From contig JBGAML010000004.1 of the NCBI GenBank assembly GCA_044223005.1, positions 96,001-160,000 on the forward strand: a DNA stretch of 64,000 nt, given 5' to 3'. The translations under genes and the position numbers were made by a program. Numbering within the stretch: the first letter of the stretch is position 1; every line of letters begins with the position of its first letter. This document shows positions 1 through 13,534 of the stretch, piece by piece. The notes under the pieces were generated by a model. It searched no databases. It saw only the letters and a list, made by a program, of their open reading frames with translations, and was not told the DNA's origin. This DNA comes from Candidatus Eiseniibacteriota bacterium. GTDB taxonomy: Bacteria > Eisenbacteria > RBG-16-71-46.

Positions 1-304
1 GCGGAAACGGGCGATGCGGCGGGGGCGGGCCTGGCGGGTGTAGTAGCCGGCGTGGGACCAGCGCCACAAGGCACGCTCGGCCTTGTGGTAGCGACAGCTC
101 GGGTTGGGGCAGAACGGCGGGATGAAGGTCGTCATGCCGGAGGATCACTGCACCTCCCGCGCCAACTGCATTCATCCGAGCACAACGGGCGCTCTGGACG
201 GGACCGCGTCCGGCTTGGAATACTCCCCCGCATTCGCCCCTCGCCGTCGCGCCGCGCCCGCAGCGCCGGCGCACGCCGCGCTGCGGTCCGCCCCGAGGCG
301 CTCC

Positions 305-3247
<2,943 letters not shown>

Positions 3248-3278
3248 GTTTCACCCGAGAATGCCGCGCGGCGCCGGT

Positions 3279-3854
3279 TCAGCGCAGGTCGCGCATGCTC
3301 TTCGAGAGCCGCTCGAGCGCGCGCACGACGAACAGCCGCGCCGCGTTGGGCGTGGGCTTGCCCAGCTCGCGGGCGATGTCCTCGAACGGCAGGCCGTGCT
3401 CGACGCGCAGCACCACCGCGCGCCGCTGCGGCTCGGGCAGCTCCGCGAGCGCCCGCTCGTAGCGCTCCTGGACCTCGCGGCTCATCGCCAGTTCGGCGGG
3501 CGAGGGGCCGGGATCGACCATGTCCTCGTCCACCTCGTGGCGCGCGGGCCGGCGCTTGGCGCTCCGCAGTTCGTCGAGCACGCGATTGAAGAGGATGCGG
3601 CGCAGGTAGGCGAGGAAGGCGTCCTCGTGCCGTGGCTCGAACTCCTGCAGGTGGTCGAGTGCCTTGAGCATGGCCGACTGGACGAGGTCCTCGGTGTCGC
3701 GATAGGCGCGCGCGCCCAACGGCAGCCGCCCGTGCGCCCAGCGTCGCAGCCGCGGCAGCACGGACGCGAAGAGCTGCGAGCGCGCGGCTTCGTCGCCCGC
3801 GCGCGCACGCGCGAGGAGCTGTTCGGTGGTCTCGGGTTCGTCGGGGCCGCTCAC
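3279..3854 (-). CDS. ECF-type RNA polymerase sigma-70 factor
   Basis: Region 2 DTEDLVQ...FLAYLRRILFNRVLDELR; region 4 LAELPEPQRRAVVLR...FEDIARELG. GTG start inferred. Confidence 0.9.
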   Translation of the reverse strand: MSGPDEPETTEQLLARARAGDEAARSQLFASVLPRLRRWAHGRLPLGARAYRDTEDLVQSAMLKALDHLQEFEPRHEDAFLAYLRRILFNRVLDELRSAKRRPARHEVDEDMVDPGPSPAELAMSREVQERYERALAELPEPQRRAVVLRVEHGLPFEDIARELGKPTPNAARLFVVRALERLSKSMRDLR

Positions 3855-4093
3855 GCGGAAATCCTTGCAGGGGGACGAGGCTCGACGTGGGGAACGTCGC
3901 CGGCTCAAGCGTTCCATGCCCCGGGAGCGCGGTCAATGGCTTCGATCGCCGCGCCGGGCGGCAGCGGGCGTGCCTCGCCGGGTTCCGTGCCCTAGATTGT
4001 GCCGACGAGGCTCCGCGACGCCCGGACCGGGCGAGCGGAGATCCACCCGACGATCGATCGCGGCGGCCGACGCCCCGCGCGAAGGAGAGGACG

Positions 4094-4870
4094 ATGGCGG
4101 AGACGCAGCGGTTCAGGGGCAGGACGGTGCTGGTGACGGGGGCGAGCAGCGGGATCGGGCGGGCGTGCGCGAAGGCGCTGGGCGCCGAGGGCGCGAACGT
4201 CGTGCTGGCGGGGCGCCGCCGCGACCGGCTCGAGGACGTCGCGAAGGCGATCGGCGATCCGGCCCGCACCCGCGTCGTGACGGGCGACACGCGCGAGGAG
4301 GCCGCGTGCGCGGCGTTCGTGCAGGCGGCGACCGACGGCTTCGGCGGGCTCGATGGGCTCGTGAACGCGGCGGGCGTGCTGGGCAACGGTGGCGTGGCGG
4401 ACACTCCGACCGCGGAGTGGCGCCGCGTCATGGACACCAACCTCGACGCGCTCTTCTTCATGACGCGCGCCGCCGCCGAGGCGCTCAAGGCGCGCCGGGG
4501 CGCGATCGTCAACGTGTCGTCGGTCGCGGGCGGCGTGCGCCCGTACGCGAACCTGGCGTCCTACTGCGTGAGCAAGGCCGCGGTGGACATGCTGACGCGC
4601 TGCTCCGCGCTCGACTTCGCGCCCTTCGGCGTGCGCGTCAACGCGATCAGCCCGGGCGTGGTGGTGACCGAGCTGCACACGGTGACGCAGGCGGTCGCCG
4701 ACTACCCGGCGTTTCTCGAGCGCGGCAAGGTGACGCACCCGATCGGCCGCGTCGGCACCGCCGACGAGGTCGCGGCGCTCGTGCTCTACCTGCTCGGGCC
4801 CGACGCCGGCTGGATCACCGGCGCCAACGTCTCGATCGACGGCGGCCGGGCGCTCGCCAGCGCCCGTTGA
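4094..4870 (+). CDS. Short-chain dehydrogenase/reductase (SDR)
   Basis: TGASSGIG, NAAG, YCVSK (YxxxK), RVNAISPG; AGGAG RBS. Confidence 0.95.
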   Translation: MAETQRFRGRTVLVTGASSGIGRACAKALGAEGANVVLAGRRRDRLEDVAKAIGDPARTRVVTGDTREEAACAAFVQAATDGFGGLDGLVNAAGVLGNGGVADTPTAEWRRVMDTNLDALFFMTRAAAEALKARRGAIVNVSSVAGGVRPYANLASYCVSKAAVDMLTRCSALDFAPFGVRVNAISPGVVVTELHTVTQAVADYPAFLERGKVTHPIGRVGTADEVAALVLYLLGPDAGWITGANVSIDGGRALASAR

Positions 4871-5024
4871 CCGCGCCCCGGGGAGCACGCCGGCCCAGGT
4901 CCGCGCGCTCCCCGGGTGGCCGGAAAGGCGCCGCAGGCGCCGTCCCCACCGGCATTTGAGGCGCAGGGGGCCCGCAAACCCGGCCTAAGCCCGGGCGGCC
5001 GAAAGGCCGATAACCCGGGCGATC

Positions 5025-5852
5025 ATGGCTACATCCCTGCTCGTCCCGGTCAGCCCCGCCGCGATGCTGGCGGCGGTGGCGTGCGTCGTCGCCGGCGGAC
5101 CCTGGTTCGCCGACGGCCTGCGCTCGTGGCGTGCGCGCCGCTGGCTGCTCGCCCTGCCCGCGGAGCCCGCCACCGCGCTCGCCGCCGGCGCGGGCGCCGC
5201 GCGTGGCGCCGTCGTGCTCGAGAGCCCGCTCTTCACGCCGCTCTCGGCGCGGCCGTGCGCGGGCTTCGAGCTCGAGCTGATCGGCGACGATCACGCCGTG
5301 GCCGGCCGCGTGCGCGAGTCGCGCGCCTTCCGGCTCGCCACCGAGTCCGGCCTCGCGCTCGTCGCCGACGAGCACGCGCGCTGGGAACTGGCGGTGACCG
5401 CCGAGCGCGCCTATGACAGCGCCGCGGACCTGAGCGAGAACCTGCGCGCGCTCTTTGCCCGCGCGCCCGAGACCCGCTGGCAGCTCTCGCGGCCCGGCCG
5501 CGTGCTCGTGCGCGAGCGCGCGCTGTTCGCCGGCCACGAGGCCTGCGTGATCGGCGAGGTGCAGCGACTGGAGGACGCCGATGCCGGCGCCGCGGACGTC
5601 GAGCGGCTGCGCACCGGCACGGACGGCGCGTGGACGGTCGCGGCCGCGCCCACGGAACACGAACCCGCGTGGCGCATCGAGCCGGCGGAAGCGCTCGAGC
5701 GCTGCATCGTGTGCGACGCGCCCCGCGAGCCGCGCAGCTTCGCGCCGCCCGCGTGGCGCGCCGGCGGCGCGCTGCTCGGGCCGGCGCTCTCGCTGGCCGG
5801 GCTGCTCGTGCTCGTGCACGCGGTCGGTCGTTCCGCGGAGGGGAGGTACTGA
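5025..5852 (+). CDS. Membrane protein, divergent GIDE-domain-like
   Basis: N- and C-terminal TM segments; TPLSARPC and VRERAL motifs parallel the next gene. Confidence 0.6.
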   Translation: MATSLLVPVSPAAMLAAVACVVAGGPWFADGLRSWRARRWLLALPAEPATALAAGAGAARGAVVLESPLFTPLSARPCAGFELELIGDDHAVAGRVRESRAFRLATESGLALVADEHARWELAVTAERAYDSAADLSENLRALFARAPETRWQLSRPGRVLVRERALFAGHEACVIGEVQRLEDADAGAADVERLRTGTDGAWTVAAAPTEHEPAWRIEPAEALERCIVCDAPREPRSFAPPAWRAGGALLGPALSLAGLLVLVHAVGRSAEGRY

Positions 5853-6673
5853 TGGGCCACGGCCTGCTCGGTTCGCTCGTCTGCCTCGGCGCCACACTGG
5901 CGGGGCCGTTCATCTTCTTCGCCGGCTTCCGCGCCATGCGCATCCGCCAGCTCATCCAGAACACGCCGACCTCGCGCATCCGCTCGATGGCGATGGGTCT
6001 CGCCGAGGTCTCGGGCGGCGTGCTCGAGCGCAGCCGCGTCTCGGCGCCGTTCTCGGGCAAGCCGTGCGCGTACTGGGAGGTGGAGATCGCCACCCGGTCG
6101 AGCAACCGCAACGGCACGCGTTCCTGGTCGACCGTGCACCACAACCGCTCGTCGAGCCCGTTCTTCATCAAGGACGACACCGGCACGGCGCTCGTCTATC
6201 CGCACGGTGCCGACTGCCGGCTGCCGTTCGGCGTCGAGGAGACGACGCACGGCTTCGGCGTGCCCGATTGCTACATGCAGTACATGGAGCAGCACAAGCT
6301 CCACATGCGCGGCATGTGGGCGCTCGGGCCGATGCGATTCCGCGAGCGCGTGCTCGAGGACGGCCAGGTCGTCTATGTGCTGGGCCGCGTGTTCCCCCGC
6401 GCCCAGTCCGCGAACGTGTCGTGGGACGAGCCGCAGATGGAGGCCACCGGCACCGAGGGCATGGTCACGAGCCGCCTGCGCACGCTGGACGCGGACGTCC
6501 GCGGCGTGTTCCGCAAGGGCGAGCACGATCCGGTGTTCCTGATCAGCCCGCGCTCCGAGAAGACCATGACGCTCGAATACGGCCTGCAGGCCGCGGCCGG
6601 ACTCGTCCTGGGTCCGCTTGTGACGCTGTTCGGCCTGTGGTGCCTGCTGGAGATGCTGAAGTCCCGCACCTGA
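5852..6673 (+). CDS. GIDE-domain membrane protein
   Basis: IQNTPTSRIRSMAMGLAEV, APFSGKPCAYW, PFFIKDDTG, RFRERVL...VYVLG; adjacent to lemA. Confidence 0.8.
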   Translation: MGHGLLGSLVCLGATLAGPFIFFAGFRAMRIRQLIQNTPTSRIRSMAMGLAEVSGGVLERSRVSAPFSGKPCAYWEVEIATRSSNRNGTRSWSTVHHNRSSSPFFIKDDTGTALVYPHGADCRLPFGVEETTHGFGVPDCYMQYMEQHKLHMRGMWALGPMRFRERVLEDGQVVYVLGRVFPRAQSANVSWDEPQMEATGTEGMVTSRLRTLDADVRGVFRKGEHDPVFLISPRSEKTMTLEYGLQAAAGLVLGPLVTLFGLWCLLEMLKSRT

Positions 6674-6734
6674 TTCCGACGATGTTCACGCCGGTGGGAC
6701 GGCCGGCGGTTTCATTCCACGCGAGGAGGCGCTG

Positions 6735-7313
6735 ATGCACGCAGCAGAGATCCTGTGGACGGTGGTGATCGGGTTCCTACTGGTGGGCTCGGTCGGATTC
6801 TTCCTCTCGATCTACAACAGCCTGATCGAGATGAAGAACAACATCGGTCGCTCGTGGGCCAACATCGACGTGCTGCTCAAGCAGCGCCACGACGAGCTGC
6901 CGAAGCTCGTGAAGGTGTGCGAGGGCTACATGCAGCACGAGCGCGCGATCTTCGACAAGCTGAGCGAGGCGCGTGGCGCGCTCGCGGCGGCGCGTTCGGT
7001 GGCGCAGCGAGCGGAGGCCGAAGGCGGCCTGACGCGCGCGCTCGGCCAGTTCTTCGCGGTGGCCGAGAACTACCCGGACCTCAAGGCGAACGCATCGTTC
7101 CTGTCGCTGCAGCAGCGCATCAGTGAGCTGGAGAACTCGATCGCCGACCGGCGCGAGTTCTACAACGACACCGTGACGCTCTTCAACATCCGCATCCAGC
7201 AGATCCCGGACACCTGGGTCGCGAACGGCATGCACCTGCAGCCGGCGGAGCTCTTCAAGATCGAGGAGAGCGATCGCAAGGACGTCGAGATCCAGTTCAA
7301 GATGTCGGCCTGA
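6735..7313 (+). CDS. lemA: LemA family protein
   Basis: N-terminal TM, YNSL, WANIDVLLKQRHDELPKLV, AVAENYPDLKAN, RREFYND. Confidence 0.95.
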   Translation: MHAAEILWTVVIGFLLVGSVGFFLSIYNSLIEMKNNIGRSWANIDVLLKQRHDELPKLVKVCEGYMQHERAIFDKLSEARGALAAARSVAQRAEAEGGLTRALGQFFAVAENYPDLKANASFLSLQQRISELENSIADRREFYNDTVTLFNIRIQQIPDTWVANGMHLQPAELFKIEESDRKDVEIQFKMSA

Positions 7314-7338
7314 TCGCGCCCGTCACCGTCGCCGTCCC

Positions 7339-7374
7339 CGCGAGCCTCCGTCGCCTCCGCGACGGAGGCTCGCG
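7339..7374. terminator. Perfect 16-bp stem hairpin after lemA
   Basis: CGCGAGCCTCCGTCGC-ctcc-GCGACGGAGGCTCGCG; no clear U-tract. Confidence 0.55.
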
Positions 7375-7468
7375 CACGTTCGGCGGGCTGCGCGGAACCT
7401 CTCGTTTGCCGCCGTCGCGTCCGCCGGTTAGCTTTGCCGGTCCCTCGCCTCCTCCCGACGGGCCCCCC

Positions 7469-8527
7469 ATGACCGCGGCTGCATCCCAACCGATCGAGAC
7501 GACCGACGGCACGCCTCACGCGCGCCGCGTGATCGTGCACGGCCTGGGACGAGCCGGTATCGCCTACGCGATGGCGATCGCGACGACGCCGGGCTTCGCG
7601 CTCGCGGGATTCGTCGAGCCACGCGGCGACCTGCGCGCGTTCGCGCGCGGCGCCGGCTTCGGCGTTCCCGCGGCGTCCACGCTGTCGCGCCTGCTCGCGA
7701 AGGTGCCGGCGGGTGCCGCCGTCGTGGCGGTCCCGCGCGAGGAACGCGTCGCGGCCGTCGAGGGCGCGCTCGACGCGAAGCTCGCGGTGCTCGTCGACGG
7801 CCTGCCCGCCGCGCACGGCGAAGGCGCGGCCCGCCTCGCGCCGCGGATCGAGTCCGCGTCCGCGCCCGTCGGCTGCGCGGTCGGCGCGCTCTTCCACCCG
7901 CTCTTCGCCCGCGCGTCTCGCGTGCTCGCCTCCGGCGTGCTCGGCCGCGCGCACGAGGTGCGGGCGTCGGCGTACGTGTCGCGCGTGTTCGCCGCGGGCG
8001 CGCCGCCGGTGCACGGCGACGTGCTCGACGCGACGGTGGCCGAGCTCCTGGTGCTGCTGGACGCGCTGTTCGGCCCGGTGCGGGCCGTATCCGCGAGCGG
8101 CAACCGGCTCTACGGCGAGCGGTTCGACGAACTCCACGGCCAGCTGGCGCTGGCCGACGGCACCGAGATCGTGGTCGACGGTTCGTGGAGCGTGCCCGGC
8201 TACCCGCGCACCGCCCTCGTCGTCGAGGTGCTCGGCGAGCGCGGCGCGCTGCTCGTGTCGGACGACGCGCTCGAGGCCGATCTCGCCGAGCCCTGCGACA
8301 TCTTCCCGGCCGGCCACACGCGCCGCGTGTTCGCCGAGGAGCCGGACCCGGTCGCATTCGAGGCGGGCGAGGCCGGGCCCGCGTTCGCGGCGTTCGCCCG
8401 CGCCCTCGCGGGCAGCGCGCTGCCCGACACGCTCGACGCGCGCGGCGCGCTGCGCACGGTGAGCGTCGTCGACGCGCTGCGCACGTCGGCCACGCGTGGC
8501 GGCGAGCGCTGCGAGGTGGCGCGATGA
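7469..8527 (+). CDS. Gfo/Idh/MocA-like oxidoreductase (divergent)
   Basis: Rossmann motif VHGLGRAG; C-terminal DGSWSVPGYP...VEVLGERG. Confidence 0.7.
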   Translation: MTAAASQPIETTDGTPHARRVIVHGLGRAGIAYAMAIATTPGFALAGFVEPRGDLRAFARGAGFGVPAASTLSRLLAKVPAGAAVVAVPREERVAAVEGALDAKLAVLVDGLPAAHGEGAARLAPRIESASAPVGCAVGALFHPLFARASRVLASGVLGRAHEVRASAYVSRVFAAGAPPVHGDVLDATVAELLVLLDALFGPVRAVSASGNRLYGERFDELHGQLALADGTEIVVDGSWSVPGYPRTALVVEVLGERGALLVSDDALEADLAEPCDIFPAGHTRRVFAEEPDPVAFEAGEAGPAFAAFARALAGSALPDTLDARGALRTVSVVDALRTSATRGGERCEVAR

Positions 8528-9405
8528 TCCGCCCGCGCGCGACGCTGCCCTCGCTGCTGCTCGGCGTGACGTCGCTCGAGCTGCCGGCGCGCGCCACGCG
8601 CGATCGCGCGCTCGAGGTGGCGGGCCGCTACCGTGAACCCGAATCGCTCGCCGTGACGCTGGTGAAGGCGCTCGACGTCGGCGCGGGCGCGGTCTACGGC
8701 GTGCCGTCGCCGCGGCTGCGCGCGGCGCTGCGCGAGCTGCGCCGCGCGGTGCCCGTGCTCGCGCGCCTGCCGCTCACGCCGCCCGCGGAGGACCTGCGCT
8801 ACGAGCACCCGCTGCTGCAGCCCGCCGCCGAGGCACCGTCGCGCCGCGCGCCGGGACCGTGGTCCGCGGCGGCGGCGATCACGCTGCTGCCCGCGATGCT
8901 CGCGGGCGACCTCGCGGCGCGCGTCGCGCGCCGCTGCGAGCACGACGCGCCCATGCTCGGCGCGCGCGTGTGGGCCGGCGTCACGATCGCCGCGCCGATC
9001 ACCGACCTCGCCCTCGCCGCGGGGCACGCGCGGTTCTTCGAGCGCATGCTGCGATTCGGGCGCGCGCGCTTCGGCGGGCTCGCCGGCTTCGAGACGGGCA
9101 ACCTCGGCGCGCTGCTGCAGGCGCTCGAGCGCTGGGGGATCGCGCCGGACTTCGCGATGGGCCCGGTCAACCCGCGCGGGCACGCGATGAAGCCCGATCC
9201 CGACACCGTGATCGCGGCGATCCAGCGGTCGAGCATTCCCGTCGTCGCCACCGAGCTGCGCGCGGGCGGCACCGTGGGGCTCGCCGAGGGCGCGGCGTGG
9301 GCGCGTGAGCAGGGCGTGCAGTCGCTGGCGCCCGATCTCGCCGAGATGGACGACGTCGCGGTGGAGCTGCGTGCTCTCGCGGGCGCGGCGAACGCCGGCG
9401 CCTGA
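8524..9405 (+). CDS. Hypothetical protein, coupled to the oxidoreductase
   Basis: ATGA overlap with the previous stop; GC3-rich ORF. Confidence 0.6.
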   Translation: MIRPRATLPSLLLGVTSLELPARATRDRALEVAGRYREPESLAVTLVKALDVGAGAVYGVPSPRLRAALRELRRAVPVLARLPLTPPAEDLRYEHPLLQPAAEAPSRRAPGPWSAAAAITLLPAMLAGDLAARVARRCEHDAPMLGARVWAGVTIAAPITDLALAAGHARFFERMLRFGRARFGGLAGFETGNLGALLQALERWGIAPDFAMGPVNPRGHAMKPDPDTVIAAIQRSSIPVVATELRAGGTVGLAEGAAWAREQGVQSLAPDLAEMDDVAVELRALAGAANAGA

Positions 9406-9410
9406 AACGC

Positions 9411-9440
9411 CGAAGAGCCCCGCGGGTGCGGGGCCCTTCG
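9411..9440. terminator. Hairpin between convergent genes
   Basis: GAAGAGCCCCGC-gggt-GCGGGGCCCTTC. Confidence 0.55.
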
Positions 9441-9458
9441 CGAGCGATCAGCGGTGCG

Positions 9459-9632
9459 TCAGAGCGACTGGGTCCACGTGTGGACCGTCCGGCCCACGGT
9501 GAGGCTCGCCTTGCGGCACGCCTCGGCGTAGATCGCGGCGTTCGGCCACGAGTGCTTGCCGCACTCGCACACGAGCTTGCCGCTGGGCTGCTCGACCACC
9601 TTGCAGGGCTTGTCCTTGCAGAACGGGCACAT
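9459..9632 (-). CDS. Small Cys-rich (Zn-ribbon-like) protein, 57 aa
   Basis: MCPFCKDKPC...CECGKH; strong AAGGAGGA RBS. Confidence 0.75.
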   Translation of the reverse strand: MCPFCKDKPCKVVEQPSGKLVCECGKHSWPNAAIYAEACRKASLTVGRTVHTWTQSL

Positions 9633-9663
9633 CGGGATGTCCTCCTTGCGGAACGGAGGGAGT

Positions 9664-11001
9664 CTAGACGACTCCGGCGGTTCCCGCATCCACGGCCGCG
9701 CGCACTTCGTCCGTGACCGCGTTGGCGCGGGCGAGCCGCGCCAGCACCTCGGCGCTCCGCCGCCGCACGCGCGGCGCGCCGGGAGCGCGCGGATCGACGG
9801 CGTAGAGCCCGAAGCGGCCGTGCCAGCCTTCGGACCACTCGAAGTTGTCGAGCAGCGACCAGTGCAGGTAGCCGCGCACGTCGACGCCCTGCGCGATCGC
9901 CGCGTGCATCGCCTCGGCGAACGCGACGATCGCCCGCGGCCGGAACGCGTCGTGTGCGTCGGCGACGCCGTTCTCGGTGACCAGCACCGGCTTGCCGAAC
10001 CGGCCCGCCGCGAGCAGCGCGCGCCGGAAGCCGTCGGGCCAGACCTCCCAGCCGAGGTCGTTGAGCGGCGCGCCGGGCGTGGCCACGTGCGGCACCGGGG
10101 CGAGCGCGCGCACGCGCCAGCGCGTGTAGTAGTTGAGGCCGTAGAAATCCATCGCGCCGGCGAGCTCCGGCACGGTGCGCCGGACGCTCCGCGCGCCGGG
10201 GATCGCGAGGTCGATGACGCCGTCGCTCGCGGCTCGCTCGATCGCCTCGACGAACACGCGGCGCTCGAAGTGGGCGACCAGGCGATCGAGCGGGTGCCAC
10301 GGCCGCAGCGCCTCGAGCTGCACGTAGTGCTTGGCGAACCCGACGCGCGCGGCGACGCCGTCACCGTCGGCGTCGCGGCGGTCGGTCTCGTGCAGCGCGC
10401 GATAGGCGCGGCCGTGGGCCTCGAGCTGGTTCGCGATCACGGCGAGCGCGCGCGAGTTGTCGCGCACCGCGGGCGGCCAGATGCCCTCGGACCAGCCGCG
10501 GAACGCGAACACCTCGGGCTCGTTGACCGTGCACCACCAGTCGACCTCGCCGCCGAACTCGCGGCCGCAGAAGCGCGCGAACTCGACGAACCGTTCCACG
10601 GTGGCGGGCGACTCCCAGCCGCCGGCGTCGGCGACCCAGAGCGGATTGGTGAAGTGGTGCAGCGTCACCACCGGCTCGAGGGCGTGCCGGCGCAGCGACG
10701 CGAGCACGGCGTGGTAGTGCGCGACCGCCGCGGCGTCGATGCGGCCGCGCGCGGGCTCGATCCGGCTCCATTCGAGCGAGAGCCGGTGCGCGCGGTGGCC
10801 GTCCGCGGCAGCGAGCGCGAAGTCCTCGTCGAAGCGCTCCCAGTGCCGGCAGGCGTCGCCGCTGCCGAGCCCGTCGCGGATCACACCGGGCTGCTGCTCG
10901 AACCGCCACCAGTCGTTGGCGCGGTTGCCGCCCTCGACCTGGTGGGCGGACGTGGCCGCTCCCCAGAGGAAGCCGTCCGGAAACCGCAGCGGTGCGCTCA
11001 T
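9664..11001 (-). CDS. Glycoside hydrolase family 1 (beta-glucosidase-like)
   Basis: FPDGFLWGAATSAHQVEG, TVNEP acid/base, VTENG nucleophile, WSLLDNFEW. Confidence 0.95.
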   Translation of the reverse strand: MSAPLRFPDGFLWGAATSAHQVEGGNRANDWWRFEQQPGVIRDGLGSGDACRHWERFDEDFALAAADGHRAHRLSLEWSRIEPARGRIDAAAVAHYHAVLASLRRHALEPVVTLHHFTNPLWVADAGGWESPATVERFVEFARFCGREFGGEVDWWCTVNEPEVFAFRGWSEGIWPPAVRDNSRALAVIANQLEAHGRAYRALHETDRRDADGDGVAARVGFAKHYVQLEALRPWHPLDRLVAHFERRVFVEAIERAASDGVIDLAIPGARSVRRTVPELAGAMDFYGLNYYTRWRVRALAPVPHVATPGAPLNDLGWEVWPDGFRRALLAAGRFGKPVLVTENGVADAHDAFRPRAIVAFAEAMHAAIAQGVDVRGYLHWSLLDNFEWSEGWHGRFGLYAVDPRAPGAPRVRRRSAEVLARLARANAVTDEVRAAVDAGTAGVV

Positions 11002-11100
11002 GGGATCCACGCTAGCGCGGGGGCGCGCCCGGCCACAACCGCGGCACCTGACCGCGCGCTGACGACCTGCGCATGCGCAGCGTGGTAGCGTCCCGGTCCC

Positions 11101-12390
11101 ATGACCGTGGATGCCCCCCGTACGAGCGCCGCGTCCAGTTTCCGCGCGCTCCGCCACCGCAACTTCCGCCTCTACTGGGTCGGCCAGCTCGTCTCGCTGA
11201 TCGGCACCTGGATGCAGAGCGTGGCGCAGGGCTGGCTCATGCACCGGCTCACGGACTCGGCCGCGATGCTCGGCTGGCTCGGCTTCGCGCAGTTCTTCCC
11301 GGTGCTGCTGCTCGCGCTGTGGGCGGGCGTGATCGCCGACCACGTCGACAAGCGCAAGCTGCTCATGGCGACGCAGTCGCTGCTGCTGCTGCAGTCGGCG
11401 GTGCTCGCGGCGCTCGTCACGTTCGGGGCGGTGAAGCCGTGGATGGTGCTCGCGCTCGCGTTCTTCTACGGCATCGCCAACACGTTCGACATGCCGGCGC
11501 GACAGTCGTTCGTGATCGAGATGACCGGGCGCGAGGACCTCGCGAACGGGATCGCGCTCAACTCCGCGGCGTTCAACGCGGCCCGCGTCGTCGGTCCCGC
11601 GATCGGCGGCCTGCTGCTCGGCAGCATCGGCGAGTCCGCGTGCTTCTGGCTCAACGCCGTCTCGTTCCTCGCCGTGCTCGGCGGCCTCGCGATGATGCGC
11701 CTCGACGTGCGGCCCCCCGAGGCGCTCTCCGCGCGCGCCCTGCGCGCGACGCTGGCCGACGGCGTGCGCTACGCGTGGCGCACCGGGCCGATTCGCAACC
11801 TGCTGATCCTGCTCGCCATCTGCGCCGGACTCGGCTTCCAGTTCAACGTGCTGCTGCCGGTCTACACGCGCGACGTGCTGCACGCCGGACCGCGCACGTA
11901 CGGCACGCTGCTCGCCGCCTTCGGCGTGGGCTCGCTCGTCGCGGCGGCGCGGATGACGCGGGTCCTCGACCGCTGGGCGCTGCGGAACCAGCTGCTGCTC
12001 GGGCTCGCGGTGGGCGGCCTCGGCATGGCGGGGTTCGCGTGGATCCACTGGCTGCCCGGCATGATCGCCGCCGGCGCGCTCGCGGGTTTCGGGCTCATCC
12101 TCTACATCTCGAGCACGAACACGCTGATCCAGATGACCACCGAGGACCGCTACCGCGGTCGCGTGATGAGCCTGTACACGCTCATGTTCGTGGGCACGGC
12201 ACCGTTCGGGTCGCTGCTCGCGGGCGGCCTCGCGCAGGCGTTCGGTGCGCCCGTGGCGACGAGCGCGTGCGCGGTGCTGCTGCTCGGCGGGGCGCTCTGG
12301 ATGGCGCGCCGCCTGCGCGAGATCGCGGCGCGCGAGAGCGCCCGCGCCGCGGCGCCGCCGGTCGAGCAGGAGGCCGAGCCGACCGCGTGA
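11101..12390 (+). CDS. MFS transporter
   Basis: ALRHRNFRLYW...GTWMQ, DMPARQSF, RGRVMSLY; about 12 TM segments. Confidence 0.92.
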   Translation: MTVDAPRTSAASSFRALRHRNFRLYWVGQLVSLIGTWMQSVAQGWLMHRLTDSAAMLGWLGFAQFFPVLLLALWAGVIADHVDKRKLLMATQSLLLLQSAVLAALVTFGAVKPWMVLALAFFYGIANTFDMPARQSFVIEMTGREDLANGIALNSAAFNAARVVGPAIGGLLLGSIGESACFWLNAVSFLAVLGGLAMMRLDVRPPEALSARALRATLADGVRYAWRTGPIRNLLILLAICAGLGFQFNVLLPVYTRDVLHAGPRTYGTLLAAFGVGSLVAAARMTRVLDRWALRNQLLLGLAVGGLGMAGFAWIHWLPGMIAAGALAGFGLILYISSTNTLIQMTTEDRYRGRVMSLYTLMFVGTAPFGSLLAGGLAQAFGAPVATSACAVLLLGGALWMARRLREIAARESARAAAPPVEQEAEPTA

Positions 12391-12397
12391 GCGGGCG

Positions 12398-13417
12398 CTA
12401 CGGCTGCGCGAGCATGCGCCGCACGCCGGCGCGGTCGTGCGCCACCAGCAGCGAGCGCGCTGCGATGCCCCAGAGCGCGCCGCGCGTGAGCTTCGCGCGC
12501 CGCTCCGCCGCCGGCCAGCCGGGATCGCGCTCGACCAGCCGCAGCGACGCGCGCGCCCAGAGCGCGGGCCACAGGCAGAAGAGCCGGTAGCGCACGTGCC
12601 GCGCGGGCACGGTATCCATGTAGTCCGCCACCTGGTCGAGCGCCGCGTGTGCGCGCACCGCGAGCTGCCCGGCGACCTCGCGCACGCGCGGGTCGGTGCC
12701 GCCGGCGAGGTCGTGCACCGCGAGCCCGCGCGCGGCGAGCCACGCGGCCGGCACGTAGCAGCGCCCGCGGCGCACGTCGCCCGAGAGGTCGAGCGCGATG
12801 TTCGTGAGCTGCAGCGCCTCGCCGACCACCGGCGCGAGCGCGCGGCGCCGCTCGCGCGCCGGGTCCGCCGCGGGCTCCATGCGGCGCTCGAACAGCGCGG
12901 TCAGCATCGCGCCGACGCAGCCGGCCACCACCCAGCAGTAGTCCGCGAGCTCGGCGTCGGTGTCGAGGTAGCAGGCGTCGGTGGGACGGTCCGCCGCACG
13001 CGAGGCGTAGCGCTGCATGCCCGAGGCCAGGATGCGAACGCCTTCTCGCACGATCGCGCGCTCGGTCTCGGGCCGCTCGTCCAGGGCCGCCAGCAGCAGC
13101 GGCAGGTGGGCGAGGAGCTCCAGGTCGTCACGGCCCGCGGCCCGCTCCGCGGCCCCCGCGGCGAGCGCCCGGGCGGCCTCCGAGGAGCCGCCCAGCGCCT
13201 CAAGAAACCCCGAAAAACGGCCGAAAACCTCGGTGGCGGTGCCGGGCCACGAGTCCTCCAGCGCGTCGGCGGCACGGCAGAGGAGATACGCGACGCGCAC
13301 GGCGTCGCGCATCCGGCCGTCGAGCAGTTCGATGTTGATCGCGAAGGTGCGGGACACCCGCGGCAGGATGCGCCTGCAGTATGCGCGCGGGGCTTCGCGC
13401 CGGTCGTTCATGGTCAT
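12398..13417 (-). CDS. Squalene/phytoene synthase family protein
   Basis: ILPRVSRTF, YLLCRAADALED, YCWVVAGCVG, LQLTNIALD...GRCYVP. Confidence 0.9.
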   Translation of the reverse strand: MTMNDRREAPRAYCRRILPRVSRTFAINIELLDGRMRDAVRVAYLLCRAADALEDSWPGTATEVFGRFSGFLEALGGSSEAARALAAGAAERAAGRDDLELLAHLPLLLAALDERPETERAIVREGVRILASGMQRYASRAADRPTDACYLDTDAELADYCWVVAGCVGAMLTALFERRMEPAADPARERRRALAPVVGEALQLTNIALDLSGDVRRGRCYVPAAWLAARGLAVHDLAGGTDPRVREVAGQLAVRAHAALDQVADYMDTVPARHVRYRLFCLWPALWARASLRLVERDPGWPAAERRAKLTRGALWGIAARSLLVAHDRAGVRRMLAQP

Positions 13418-13534
13418 TTCGGCCGGGGGTCCTCTTCGGGTCCTGTCGCCACGGGTCCGGCCGACTATACTCCCGCCGCGGGCGTTCCGGTCCCCACGGA
13501 TCGCGCCCTCGAACGAGAGGAGACGCTGCAGCCG

